Shown: piece after piece, positions 13,029 to 27,859 of the stretch | Position numbering within the stretch: the stretch's first letter is position 1 | Layout of the letters: every line of letters begins with the position of its first letter | Origin: Macrostomum lignano | Lineage: Eukaryota | Assembly (NCBI GenBank): GCA_002269645.1 | Contig: NIVC01003934.1 | Span: 4,920 to 68,919, forward strand | Direction: 5' to 3' | DNA: 64,000 nt | Translations under genes and position numbers: made by a program | The notes under the pieces: model-generated | What the model was told of the DNA's origin: nothing | Seen by the model: only the letters and a program-made list of their open reading frames with translations | Database searches by the model: none

Positions 13029-14546
13029 CTATTCCTCTTCGCACCGGCTGTTGAATTGGATTTTATGCACCGCCGGAGCTCTGATGCCGCCGCCCTGATG
13101 TCCTGGATTAGCCTTGATCTCAGCAATGGTCCGAGTCTCCTCGGGATCCAATCGGAAGGTGAACCGCTGGACCAAGTTGGCCAGGAACAGGAACAGCTCC
13201 ATTCGAGCGAGGCTCTCGCCTAGACAGGCCCTCTTGCCGATCCCAAAGGTGACCAGGTGTTCGTCTGGCGAGTAGCGACCTTCCTGGTCCAGGTGTCGCT
13301 CCGGCTGGAAACACTCCGGCTGGGGAAAGTGGTCGACGCTATTGTGCACGTTGAAAATGTTGAACAGCACCAGCGCGTCTTTGGGAATTTCGTAGCCGCA
13401 CACCTTGGCAGTCTCAGTGCACCTGTGAGCGACGCCTAACTGAGCTAGACAGGCCATCCGGTTCACCTCATCGATCACGGCCTGGGTGTAGTGCAACTGG
13501 CTCTTGTCCTTCATTGTCACCTGTCGGTCTGAACCCACGACACGCTTGATTTCGTCCACAAGACGCTTCTCAACTTCTGGATTCTCAATGAGAAACAGAA
13601 TCGCCCAGCGGAGCGTCTGCGAGGTGGTGTCGGTGCCCGCTATGAAAAGGTCCAGCACAGCCAGGGAGAGTCGGACGTCGTTAAACTCGCTCGGATTAGA
13701 TGCCTGTTGGTGCAAGAAGGCTTCGATGTAGTCTCTGGGGTGCTCCGGGCTGCCCAGGTCGGCTTTGTGCTTCTCAAGCTGCTTTCTACAGAATTTGATC
13801 AGCTCGCCAAATATGTTGATCTGCTTGCGGCGCAGTGCTATCACTAGACGCAGCAGAGGTTTAAGCTTCACATAGTAGTCCTGATGAAGCTGGAACACCA
13901 TGCTGCGAGTCCGATTGTTCTGGCTCTGTGTAATTCGTTGAAACATCTCCAGGACGCGACCGAACTCCGGATCCTCCGAGGCCAGCCGAGTGCCGAAGAC
14001 CATCTGGCAGATGACATTGCTGACGGCCGTGCTTAGCAATGGCACCGTGTCCAGTGGGAGCCCGGCTTGAATGCCCTGGTCTTCGATTCTCGATCGCAGC
14101 TCCTCCACCTCGCCCAGGATAATTTCCTCGGCTCCCTGACGTCCGAAGCCAAAGTCTCGAAGCGTTTTCAAGCTCAACCGTCGATAAAGACGCCACTGCT
14201 CATCCTCGCTTAGAATTATTCCCGCTTTCTCGCCGGTCAGCTCGGGCAGGATAAACGTTTGTTGACGCCCCAGAAACTTATCACCCTGCGAGATGAAAGC
14301 ATCTTTAATCGCTTCGTAAGTGTTTAAGCAGTAGAGCTTCTCCAGGCCCATGTAGAGAACTACAACAGGCTGCTTGGCGAACTGCTTCTCGCTAAGGAAC
14401 TCCTCCAGCGGCTCGCGCAGGAAAGGCAAACTGCCAACTAACGGGTACCAGCCTGGATTCGGCGGGTCGCCAGACTTCGGTGCCTTGGCCACGAGAACAA
14501 AGTACAGAACGAAAGCCAAGAGGCACAGTGAAACTGTTAAAAACAT
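13029..14546 (-). CDS. Cytochrome P450, CYP2 clan, intronless, 505 aa, nested in TRPA1 intron 3 on the same strand
   Basis: N-terminal TM anchor, PPNPGWYPLVG, I-helix AGTDTTS, ExxR (EVNR), PERH, heme motif FGIGKRACLGESLARMELF; uninterrupted ORF. Confidence 0.96.
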   Translation of the reverse strand: MFLTVSLCLLAFVLYFVLVAKAPKSGDPPNPGWYPLVGSLPFLREPLEEFLSEKQFAKQPVVVLYMGLEKLYCLNTYEAIKDAFISQGDKFLGRQQTFILPELTGEKAGIILSEDEQWRLYRRLSLKTLRDFGFGRQGAEEIILGEVEELRSRIEDQGIQAGLPLDTVPLLSTAVSNVICQMVFGTRLASEDPEFGRVLEMFQRITQSQNNRTRSMVFQLHQDYYVKLKPLLRLVIALRRKQINIFGELIKFCRKQLEKHKADLGSPEHPRDYIEAFLHQQASNPSEFNDVRLSLAVLDLFIAGTDTTSQTLRWAILFLIENPEVEKRLVDEIKRVVGSDRQVTMKDKSQLHYTQAVIDEVNRMACLAQLGVAHRCTETAKVCGYEIPKDALVLFNIFNVHNSVDHFPQPECFQPERHLDQEGRYSPDEHLVTFGIGKRACLGESLARMELFLFLANLVQRFTFRLDPEETRTIAEIKANPGHQGGGIRAPAVHKIQFNSRCEEE

Positions 14547-14871
14547 TATTCGCGTCTAAAGCTTAAAGAAATAACAAACTAACGTTGTAAGTCTTGGAAA
14601 ATTCTGGTAAGAAACCTTTTTTATAGTTAGACACCTCAGTTAGCACCTGAATTTTTTTCAACCCTATCGTTATGCACTAGACTGCCGCTAAAGTTTTTAC
14701 AGTGCACAAAAGATAAGGGTAGAAAAACCGGAGTAGAATAGAAAGAGAACGACAGGCAATGGAGTTAGCTGTACACGTGCACGACACAGGTGTGCACAGA
14801 TTTGACATTCAATTGAAGCAACACAGAATCACATACGAATATACTTTGGCTAAAAGTTTTGCTGGCGACGA

Positions 14872-14945
14872 GGGGGGCCGTAGCCCAGCGGTAGCGCAGC
14901 TGCTCTGGTGTGCCAGCGACCCAGGCTCGATTCCAAGTGCAGTCA
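14872..14945 (+). mobile_element. tRNA-like Pol III head of a second SINE family, or a tRNA pseudogene
   Basis: A box TAGCCCAGCGG and B box GGCTCGATTCC; no proper cloverleaf. Confidence 0.45.
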
Positions 14946-14995
14946 CATTAATTTGGGGCTGAATTGGAATCTCGGCTTGGCTCTGCTCGTGCAAT

Positions 14996-15125
14996 TAACG
15001 GCCTTGAGAGCCAACCCCCCAAGGCACAGTGAAGTGTACATGCCTAACGATAATATAAAGTTAGGGCCGCTGTACACTCCTGTGTGAGTGTGTGCCTGCG
15101 TACGTATCCGCGCGCTTGTATGCCT
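14996..15125 (+). repeat. Unclassified dispersed repeat; second copy inverted at 48265-48410
   Basis: ttaacggcc...ccaaggcac(a/g)gt(g/a)aagtgtacatgcctaacgataa...gggccgctgt...cactcctgtgtgagtgtgtgcctg...gcgtacgtatccgcgcgcttg is shared by the two copies. Confidence 0.8.
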
Positions 15126-16952
15126 GCTCAGGGGAGTCGGCAGAATGGGCAGTAATGCCTCTCGCCGGTTGTGTGCCTATGTCGCTTAAAGTGCGCCAGG
15201 GTGCACACAACCCCCCTGCCTCTAAAAAAATTTGCTGGTGACAGTTGACCAGCAACCCAGCGAAGGAGCAGGCGGTCATGCCTATTCCAGTAACATGCAC
15301 ATGGATGCGTACTCAGATATACAATTGTATAGCTAGGGTGCACCGTACAGCAGCCTTGTCGTTCCCATCGCCATGAACACATGCGCATGGAATGGAACCT
15401 GTGTAGCTCACTAGCGCGAGAGTCAGTTGCCCTAATCTCTAAGCTAATTAACTCTCCATCACGGGCTGTACTATTAAACAAAGTTCGACAATCACTTTTG
15501 TTGCTTTCACAGCCAGACTCACCAGAAGTTGGCAGACATCGGCAGCATCTTTGCTGCAGGCGAAGTGCAACGCCGTGTAGCCATGGTAACCCTCCAGGTT
15601 GGCATTCCACTCGGGCGAGTCGCGAAGTGCTTGCAGGCACTCCACCCGGTTCAGCTCGGAGGCCAGGTGAACTGGCGCCTTGCGCTCTCTCACCGTGGCC
15701 AAGTTGACGTTGGCGCCCAGCTCAACCAACAGGCGGACAGTCTTCACCTGGTCCGCTTCGATGGCCTCGTACAGCGCCGTTTTACCTTCATTGTCTTGAA
15801 AGTCAATGTCTGAAAGAAAACGGAAGTTTTGGTGCAAACCGGTCAAGAGAATTAAAGATTAATAAATATTTTACTTTTGAAACTCACTGGCGCCTTCCTC
15901 AATCAGCAGGGCGATGATGCTGGTCTGACCGGCTTTGGCGGCCACGTGCAGGAGGCTCTGTCCGTGCTCATTGGTGGTCTCGATGGCCTCAGAGTTGCCG
16001 TCGAATATCTGTCGAAGCTCGTCCGCCATACCAGAGACTGCGCACTGTGGTAAGGATGTGAGAATATAGGACTCTGTAGTTCAGTAGTGAAGCATTAAGC
16101 ATATATTCGTATTTAGCTACTTCCATTCTTCCAACTCCCGAGAACGTATACGTGTTCATACTCAAAAAGGATGCACAGCGGCCCCCACCTTTCTCATCGT
16201 CACACCTTGTGCCGGATTTAGGGATTTTTCCGAGGTGGTCAGCCGACTCCCTTGACCACCCCTATGGATCCGCCTGTATAACTTATACCAATAGCTACCG
16301 ACTGTGCCCCGGGGGGTTAATCTCAAGAAAAAGGCGTCGGTTAAGTTTCATACACGCAAACCTCGAGTATTGAATTCGAACCTTCCAAAAGTGCATCAAC
16401 CGCTAAATTATTCTGCTTTCTCTTTGCAGCTACATTTACATATTTTCAGTACATAAGCGTGGTCTATCTGACAAAAGAGCTAGAACACCCAAAAACATAC
16501 ACTAAGAAAAACTTAAAGAGTCGCCGCTAAAGTATTAAAGTACTCCTCTGGTAATTCTCGAAAAGTACTAAAAGAAATATGTCACAAATATTAGGTATAC
16601 CTGGAACAGGTGCGCTGCTGTGACATTCGGTAAGCTGCTAGTCGACAGCAGCTGCATGTTAACGTCGCTGCCAGGGTTCGACTTTATCGTCGGCGCAACG
16701 GCAGCGCCGGTTGCAGCGAGGGCGGCGTGCTCGCCGCCAGCAGGTCCGGTCGACGGCATAGCTATCGCCGTTTGAACTTTCGTTCCAACAGTGTTGGTCT
16801 TCTTCAACAGTGATATGCCGCTGTAGACAACGGCGGTTCTGTGTATACCTGCTAGAGCTGGGAACGATTTCTTCTCCCGGCCAGAACTCTCAAGCTGTCT
16901 GCTTTTATCCTCCACATCCGTAGCCTGCCAAGACTGGCTACTATTTTGCTCC

Positions 16953-16966
16953 GTTGCCATGGCGAC
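16953..16966. promoter_or_regulatory. Candidate RFX X-box (gttgccatggcgac) overlapping the first TRPA1 ATG
   Basis: 13 of 14 match to the palindromic X-box GTTGCCATGGCAAC; attgg and a gcgcgcgcgc tract lie just upstream on the minus strand. Confidence 0.45.
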
Positions 16967-17941
16967 GAAGCAACGTAGGACCAACGAAACGCGCGCGCGC
17001 CAATCTATTATAATCACTCTCTCAACTCTCACCACTCTTATCCGCCTTTAACTGGATCGCTAATTGAATCAAGCAATTGTGTTTGGTACACAACTATACA
17101 CCGGCCGCTGAGTTGGCTTTTGCTCCGTGATCCGCAGTCCAGTTTTCGTACACGCGACTACTGCCAAATCAATAGAAAAGTTCTTGGAGAACGATGGATC
17201 AAATTGATTAAACGCGAGCTCTAATCTAACATAATTTATGATAATAATTGCAATTTTGATGCAATTGTCTCTCTGCCAGTCGGTAATTGGGGTCAGTTGA
17301 CCGCGGTTTCTGCTGTTGTTTTGGAGCTTCACAAGAAATTTTGACTATGCCGTATGGACACAATTAAAACAACCAGAGTTGAAGAAGCACTCACCTGCTA
17401 TAGTAAACTCCTGGACTCCCGTCTGAAATCGGTCAGTGCAGAGCTACGGCTAGTTAAGTGTAAAAATCAATCTGGTTTTATGAGCCTTTTTAGTTGCTGG
17501 GCCAGCTAGCAGTTAGGGAGAAATCGAGATGTGTGACGATAAGCCAGGGAATCGGATGTTACATTAGCCTGATTGGGTCACTGTGCCGGCAGTTACGTAT
17601 ATTGGCTTCTATGCTAGCGCCAATGTTGATTTAGTTTACGAACGACTGTTAGTCTGGCCAGTCGACACGGAGCTGACTAGAAATACTATTGACTTACATG
17701 CACGATTTTCGAGTTAACTGCTATCGCTGCGAGTGAGCTGAGCACATCATACTTATCCACTAATCCGCTCTGACAGCTCGAAATCGAAATCATTCGTTAC
17801 TTTTGTTTCAAAGAGTCTCCTGAGACTCTCTGTGTCTATCTGATTTTGAAAGGACGAATCAGCATACAAGCTTGTTTATGTTTAATTGAGTTTTATTTGA
17901 AAACGTCGTGTATGCTCGTATCAACTACTGTCAGTAGCCAA

Positions 17942-18166
<225 letters not shown>

Positions 18167-19710
18167 TCGACCATATAAAGCCAATCAGGTTGACAAATTA
18201 GTTGGTAAGTTGGTAAGCCCATAGACACCACTGAATTTTGCCTTAGAATAGATTTTTTTGTATCAAGTATCGGTAATTTAGTCATTTTCGCAAGTCGTAA
18301 AAAGGGCAGGAATATGCTAGAAACTCTACTTATTACAAGTAGCAAGATAAGCGTGCTAGGTAAGAATCAGACGTATTAATCAAAATTAAGAATCAATAAA
18401 ACGAAAAAGCATTTAAATTGGACACAAAAACACGAATATTTAAAAATTTAAATCTCGAAGTTTTACAACTTGCAAACTATTTATCGGGATGATAGCCATG
18501 GGGCATGCGATCTCCCATTTATTCAAGTAACATTTTTAACAAATCAACCCAATTGGCTGTCAGAATTCCTCAGCCAATCAACGAGCTCTCAAGCCTAAAC
18601 ACGTTTCCATCCACAAAGCCTTTTCATAGGCACAGATACTGAGAGAGTAAAAAATCTGTTGCAATAAGGCAGCCAAGTCTTCAATTTGGGCCGAACCAGC
18701 TCGTGGTTGCATCAAAACGGTACAGCTAATGGAGCGAGAGCGAGAAATGCAACTGTACATTTGAATTGACGCGGTTAGTTCAAAGAAAGATCTAGAAAAC
18801 GATATAGCTCTCATTTGGACTTTTCCAACTTTCCCTAGAGTTGTCAGGTAAGAATCATTTCTAGCAGGTGCTCTTACTTATTGGATATCTCCATTTGCAT
18901 TGTTAGCTATCCTATTCCTAACCTGCATGCTAATATAATTAGACTAATTAGCAATGAAACTATATGAACTGCGAGATCACCTAAATGAATTATTAGCTCA
19001 TTTTATCAAAGTAGCTAGCAATCAGTGCTTTCCTGACTGGCACTCCGTGACCATCTCCATGTGATCGAGTCTGTGGATGTGATTAAGGTGGAAATAAGCC
19101 ATTTTCATGCCAGCGTCTGTTATGGACTGGTACCCTCTTTCTGGTTGTCCAACTAAAAAGACATTCAAAAGTCCAAATGCCTATCACTACCATTAAAGAT
19201 CAGAGTTCAGACTAGAACGCGGTTTTATAACCAAACCCCTCTTTGACCTGACTTTTCGGCCTCAGCTAATATTGAAGTTTCCAACAACTGGAGAGAGATA
19301 AGTAAGACACGTCACGACTTTAGAGTGGTGGGCGGACTGCCAACTAATGAGAATAGGTCGTACAATCTTGGATAGATATTTTTATATTGCCTGACTGAGC
19401 AGTGATCTACATATCGCGTCAAATTCAAACCGCTCCAAGTCCAAGGCTATTTTGACTTTGTCAAAGATAAGTCCCTGTCCGAATCTTGAATGGGATCTTA
19501 ATTAGGATATAAATTTGAGCAAGCTCAATTTACGTATGACGTTGCTATTTACATGAAGGTCTGATGCGTAGGTGGTTTCCTGGAATAGCTCAGGCACACA
19601 CTGCTCTGCTATTCCTTAGCTTGAATATTGATAGCACGCTTGTTCGAATGAAGTTATACACTTGAAACTTAGTAAATTTGTGTAAATAGGCACTAAACAG
19701 ATATAGAAAA

Positions 19711-21022
<1,312 letters not shown>

Positions 21023-22046
21023 TACCAACAACATCAGCAGCACTAAAGATGAATACTGCATCAGGTCTGCGCATGAAAAGAAAGGGTGTCAAATCAGTCC
21101 ATACACTTGGATATCTGCAGTGACACGGAATCGTGTGAGCTGAGCAGACTCAACCCGTATCAGATTTCCAATTTCTTTAATTGCGTCAGTCAGACGACTG
21201 GTTGTGTTTTTTTGTAATCCATCAAAACATTTTATTTCAACCTTTGCTGCAAGAATCTTGCCGAGAATTGCCTGCCCAATGGCAGGAATGATCCATCCCT
21301 GTCAATGCCAGTTGGGTGAACTTACTGAAGGCGTTACAAATATCGCCTTGTCAGTAGAGAGACAGATTGCCGCAATCGAATACACACATGGCTAGATGAA
21401 GTTTATATATGTGATAGATAACAGAAATTGCGATTAAGTCACGCCGCGAGGAACTGAGCAAACACCACAGGAGAAAATACGCCGTCCTTTCGTCATCACG
21501 GCTCCACGTGTCACAATTGTCATGCTAAAAGCAAGCCTATATGGGCCTTAGGAGCCTTTGAAATTCTTGCTCTGTTCGTGCTGCACAGTATTGACATTAC
21601 AAGGCGCAAGCCAGAAGCAGATGCGCTCCTAAGAAATAGTAACGTTTCATTCTTTGATTGTTGCAAAAACAAGCCGCAACGCTTTTGTAGCAAATCCCCC
21701 GATCTTGCAAAACGGGGGAATTTTCGCACGAACTGTCCCTCCAACCCTCCTCAAGCCGAACACTTTGAACTCGAAACTGGACTAGATTCGGTGAAACATT
21801 CCTCTCTGGCACCTCACTATTCCGGTAAATCATATTTTCTTGCCCCCAGCTTGACCAAGCGAAAAAGACAGAGTCTGTGGGAGAGAGAGAGAGAGAGGCA
21901 GAAAGTCCTCTGGGACACACACACACAGACGCATGCAATACAACACACAGAAGCGATATATAGAGCTAGAATGGATGCAATCGAGCAATTTAATTTCAGC
22001 GGCTTGCCGATTCGATGGACATCGGGCGGCTGCGATGGCGGACACG

Positions 22047-22080
<34 letters not shown>

Positions 22081-23052
22081 GAGCGAAGTGCGAGAGCCGG
22101 GTAGATGGAAAACAGGGGAGCTGGGACTGCTGGGGGGCAGTTGGAGTGAATAGAGCGCAAAACTATTTGGAAAGATTTCAGGGATTTCGGCTAAAGCGAG
22201 TAGACGCCGGCATCGAGGAGAAAGTGTGAGCGGAGACTGAATCGAGTGGAGAAGCTGAGGGCCCCTATTGAGCGCAGATGCAATATCTGTGCTCACACTC
22301 TGGCAATTTCTGCTAGGGCAAATCGAATTTTACTCCCTCTCAGCCTGCTTTTTTATCCGCCCCTGGCTACTAGGCTAAGAGTTTCTAAACTGGCAGTGGG
22401 CCATGCTCTACTTTCGCTCATATTACTGAGCGCAATATACTCGTAAATCAGAGAGTTCCCAAGCTGACAGAACGTTCAAGTATATAAACATGCACCGCGA
22501 TGCCATTCGTTGCATCATTCTCCGCGTATGAACCGGACACCAGGGTCCGTATAGCTGTTTATTATAGACGAGGGGAAGTAGCATAATTGTCAGCAGGCGA
22601 GCGAGAGAATATAGATGCATTGATAGATGGACCTGAGAACCGCACCGCTTTGAGTCCGGGTTTAGCGGGCACGGCTAAGGGGAGGGCTTAATGGCCTGGG
22701 CGAGCAAATTTTATGCTCGCAAAATTGAAGGCCTGCTCCCCGACTGGATCATTAGGAGACGGGGGCGGCGTGGGGGAGGAGGGCATGCCCCAGTGCGCAG
22801 AAATTTACTGAGGTAGCTATAGGAAGTGAACTGCGAGAGGCCAGGAAAATAAGACGGCCCTCTCTGCTGCCGGAATGAAGTGAGAAGTGAAAGACAGACA
22901 GAATGACTAAGTGGCAAAGTGTAGAAGATCTGAAGTGTATAATTTTCAAATTCCATGCCTTTAAAATTCTTAGGCGATGTTAATAAAGAATGGGAACTAA
23001 TCAAAACACGTTTTTTTTCAGATCGCCACTAACACAGGAGCATAAAAGAAGC

Positions 23053-25962
23053 ATGAGAAGGTTAGCAGTGCAGCATTCTCTGGTGCTAGTGATCCTAAAC
23101 TTCCTGCAGTTCCTTCCCTGTCATTCAGTGTACAGCCCGCCATTGCTGGCAACCAGAACCGTCAGAGAGGGCACAACGGCGTTCCGCATGGACCTGATGC
23201 CTCTGCTGCGCAGCCAACTGGGCGACGCTCAAGCAGACAGCGCCAGGCGGATCTCCTTCTTCAAGGAGAAAGAGGCCTACCCGTTTCACATACTCAGCGA
23301 CGGGCAGATCGGCCTGCAGGGCGCGCTGGACCGCGAACAGGTGTGCCGCTCCGGCTCGCCGTGTCCCGAGCAATGCTGCAAACTCCTGCGAATTGAAGTC
23401 CGCTTAGCGACTAGCCAAACCCGGGAGTTCTACATCCGTCTGCTCATCGATGACGTAAACGATTCACCGCCGAACTTTGAGAACCACATCGATCGGGTGT
23501 ACTTAAGCCTCAGCGAGGATAGCCGACCAGGATACGAGCTGGAGCTGCCGGCAGCATCGGACGCGGACACGCCTGAGAATGGCGTCAAGGAGTACAAAAT
23601 CTCCAACAAGCTGCCGGACAATGTCACCTTTGATAGGCACTTCCTGCTCATCGACAGTCAGTGGCCACTAACGCCGAAGCTTCGACTAACACTGCCGGTG
23701 GATTGCGAGGAGACGCCAGAGATGGGTTTCATTTTCCTAGCTGTCGATGGGGGAGAGCCCCAGTTAACTGGCAGTCTGTCTGTTCTCATTGAAATCAAGG
23801 ACGTGAACGACGACACCCCTAGGATTTTAGACTTCGAACCTGGCTACACCATCCGGTTGAACGAGACAACTACTTCGTTCCACGGCGGGAGTTACAGCAG
23901 GCAACAGGTGGCGCGGTTTCGCGTTGAAGACCGAGACAGCAACGATAACGGACGAGTGAAATGCGACATCAAACCGCCGCCAAGCGTGGAGCCGCGACTT
24001 AGAGCTGATCGGTACTTCGAAGTCAAGCCGATGTCAGGCGGTCCTAATCTATGGGAATTGAAAACTCTATTGGCCATAGACTACGAGCAGGTCAAGAGCT
24101 TCAGTTTCCACATCGTTGCTAGCGATTTCGGTATGCCAAGACATTCAAGCAGTGTCTCCGTGTCTATCATGGTGCAGAACATTGACGATCATCTCATTAG
24201 CATCACCTTTTGGAACGGCGGGGATCGTCGCGACAGGGTGGAGCTTCTTGAGAACAGCCCGTCAGGTCTGAAGATTGCTTCTGTCGAGGTTAAAGACCCC
24301 GACCTAGAGCTCAAGTCCGAGTATGGAAGACTTCATTGCACCCTGACCAGTGGAGCGGGCCTCTTCCGCTTGGAAGAAAAAGAAGTATTCGGACTAACAA
24401 AAGAGTTCAATCTGCGAACAGTGGCTGTATTTGACCGAGAACAACGCGACGAGCATCGTGTTGTTGTGGCCTGTCAGGACAGTATGAACTCAGCGGCTTC
24501 TTCCACAGCAACTCTGACTGTAGCGATTTCAGACGTCAACGACTGTCCGCCGGAATTCAGCCGACAGCTGTACCGCGGCAGCGTCCCGGAAAACTCGTCC
24601 AGACGCAAAATTGTACAAATGGACGCCGGAAATCGGATTCAAGCCGTTGATCGGGACGCCTTTCCCAACAATCGTATCGTCTACAAACTACAGGGGCCTG
24701 AGGCGGCACCATTTAGCATCGACGTCCAAGGCAACATTCTCGTCAATGGCGAGCTAGACTATGAGGACCAGAAAAGCTACAGATTCAATGTGACAGCCGT
24801 CAACGAGAATAACGCTTCGATGCGCAGTGTAGCAGGAGTCGTCATTGACGTGATTGACGTCAACGATAATCCGCCTATTATAGTAGAATACGACAAAGGC
24901 TACCGGTTCAACGTTCAGGAGGAAATCAGCGACATTATCATCGGTCGTATCAACGCCACGGATGCTGACACACTTCCGGAGAATAGTCGCGTGAACTTTC
25001 GTATTCTGACGGCCGATGGCAGCGGCCTGGACGGATTTGGTCGGCGGGAAGCGGATCGCTACTTCCGAATTGACCCAAATAGCGGAGACGTTCGCGTGGT
25101 GGCCCGTATAGATAGGGAACAGTACCAGTATTTCCAGTTCCGGGTTCTAGCTGAAAACCCCAGCTCACTAGTTCTGGCGCCCGGTTCGTCAAGGCTGTCA
25201 GCTAGCGAACCGGGCTCTCCATCAGTGACCACCGTAACTGTCTACGTCACCAACATCAACGACCATCCGCCACGACTCTGCCAGACTCTGTCAAGCGTTG
25301 GTGGCCAGCAGACACGCCAGACTTGCAATGAGCCGCCGCAGCTGCTGCGAGTGCAGTTCATTGACAGTGGAATCTTCTATAACCGACAGGTGCTCCCGAG
25401 GAACACCGGTGCACTCTGTTCGATTACGAAATTCGTGACCCGGATGATTTCGCCGACTCGTCCGGTTTTCAACAGCCGAAAGCCGTGATGACGTTGGAGA
25501 ATATCACTGAACTGCGACAAGGAGCGCGTCATGCGGTGACGGACGGCTCGGTGCAGTTCCGCTTCGATAGTCAACAGCTGTGCATTCAGAGACTGCCGGC
25601 CAACCAAGCTGACCGAGAGATCTATGAGATGATTATTCGAGTTGAGGATCCGAGCGAGCCGCGCCATCGCCGTGAATATCCCTGCGTCGTCACAATTGTG
25701 CGGACAAGGCCACAACCGCCGGTCCTTGGCGGCGACGTCAACGGCGGACGCGGCGGCCAAGCCGGCGGAGTCGGCGGCAACTACAACTACGAGCGAGGCG
25801 GCCATAGGACCGTCAACAGACTGGACGAAGGTCCCGTTGAACGCCGCAATTTCGTCATCATAGTAACCCTGGTAACTGTAGTTGTGTTCATCATTGTCAT
25901 CGTGTTCGCCTTCGTGCTGTTTTTCTACGTCAAGAAAATCGATAGAACTATGGACAATAAAG
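23053..25962 (+). CDS. Protocadherin exon 1: signal peptide, 6 canonical cadherin repeats + a 7th divergent repeat, TM; 1-nt frameshift at 25395-25397
   Basis: Signal MRRLAVQHSLVLVILNFLQFLPCHS; DVNDSPP, DVNDDTP, NIDDH, DVNDCPP, DVNDNPP, NINDHPP; DRE/DYE motifs. Adding one C gives VLPEEHRCTLFDYEIRDPDD, joining ORF 25485-26003 with TM FVIIVTLVTVVVFIIVIVFAFVLFF; donor AAAG|GTGAGC. Confidence 0.92.
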
Positions 25963-27020
25963 GTGAGCAAATAAATCTCGCTTATCTACAGTTTATGGGT
26001 TAAATTCATCCGGGTTACAATTTAACTTAACCGCATTGCAAACAGTCATCTAAGACTAAGAATCGGCCTCTCGGAAACGAGATCTTGAGATTTAGTATGA
26101 ATAGGCTGCTATAGCATCGCTTTCAAGCATAAGTGGCCAAATCTCAGTGGCTGCACCGCTGCTTCTATAAAGCCAGAAGACTCTGTGTAGCCGCTGTGTG
26201 CGCCACATAACGGCTGGAAATGAATTCTTTGATTCGCCATGTAAATTGGCCTGCCTGCCCCCTCCTCTCAATTCATGTTGTTAAGGAAAGTCGATGGATG
26301 AGATGGCATGCATCCTTTTTTGCCGACATTGAAGAGCGCAGGAAGGACGCGGTATACATATATAGTGAGGCTCTAGCTTGAGAATAAGGGGCTTTTTAAG
26401 TAAGAGGGGAGAGCGGGAGACGAAAAATAGAGGCAGAACCGGCCCTCTTGATTGATGACTGACCAGCGGCAGCGCATGGTGCCGCTTCATGGCCTGGAAT
26501 CGCTGGGGCTCATTGGGATATTGCTGTTAGCTTGATCCCGTGGCCTTCCACCCAGCCCAGTGTGAAACGAAGAGAAATTGAGAAAGAGCCAGGGAGGCGG
26601 AAATCTCTATCGCTGCCAAATAGCACATGTGAGGCCATCATCCATCAGATTCCGGGCCTGCGCCATGCGGTTAAGCCCAATTCCGCTTGCACACTTGCTT
26701 CATGGGCTGGAGAAACTCTTCAAAGCTGCACCTCGCCGGAACAGAGGAGCTTTTTTTCTCATTCTAATCGGCGAGCTTTTTTCGATTCTATTTTCTCATC
26801 GGGATTTATTAGCGCCAACGAAGCAAGGCTTACGAATGCATCTGCTTTAAAACTGGATGGGAGCAGGGGTATGGGGCCACCTCGCTAGGATTATGGCTTT
26901 AGTCCGGCTTTTTCCGCTCTCTACTGAATCGGCGATGATGTGGCAGAGACGGATTAGAATGCGGCGAAGCTGGAACGGTTGGTCAATTGCTTGTCTTCGG
27001 ATTTATGGGAGACTAAATAG

Positions 27021-27859
<839 letters not shown>

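Larger units (their letters stand above)
4222..16960 (-). pseudogene. TRPA1: TRPA1 ankyrin-repeat cation channel gene, N-terminal part; possibly pseudogenised or mis-assembled
   Basis: Exons (minus): 16960-16601, 16044-15888, 15809-15523, 9627 (or 9585)-9157, 9051-8856, 8618-8275, 7430-7316, 6678-6430, 5208-5170, 4463-4365, 4292-4222, all GT-AG. The peptides follow TRPA1 order: PCKPDNFGQFP, GCTPLHYA...STPLHFAARYGRLNTC, RWTEVL...CPVFECIQYLPECAS, HMVNLNRVSLLTHPLCEAYLSMKW (cf. human NHPVCKEYLLMKW). Lesions: SINE at the exon-4 acceptor, exon 5 is 196 nt between phase-0 junctions, TAA at 8277-8279. No TM exons found in 1-4221. Confidence 0.85.

Noticed and set aside
21578-22296. 191-aa and 159-aa ORFs upstream of the protocadherin
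   Set aside because: No recognisable domain; they run through GA/CA microsatellites and are more likely promoter or 5' UTR sequence.
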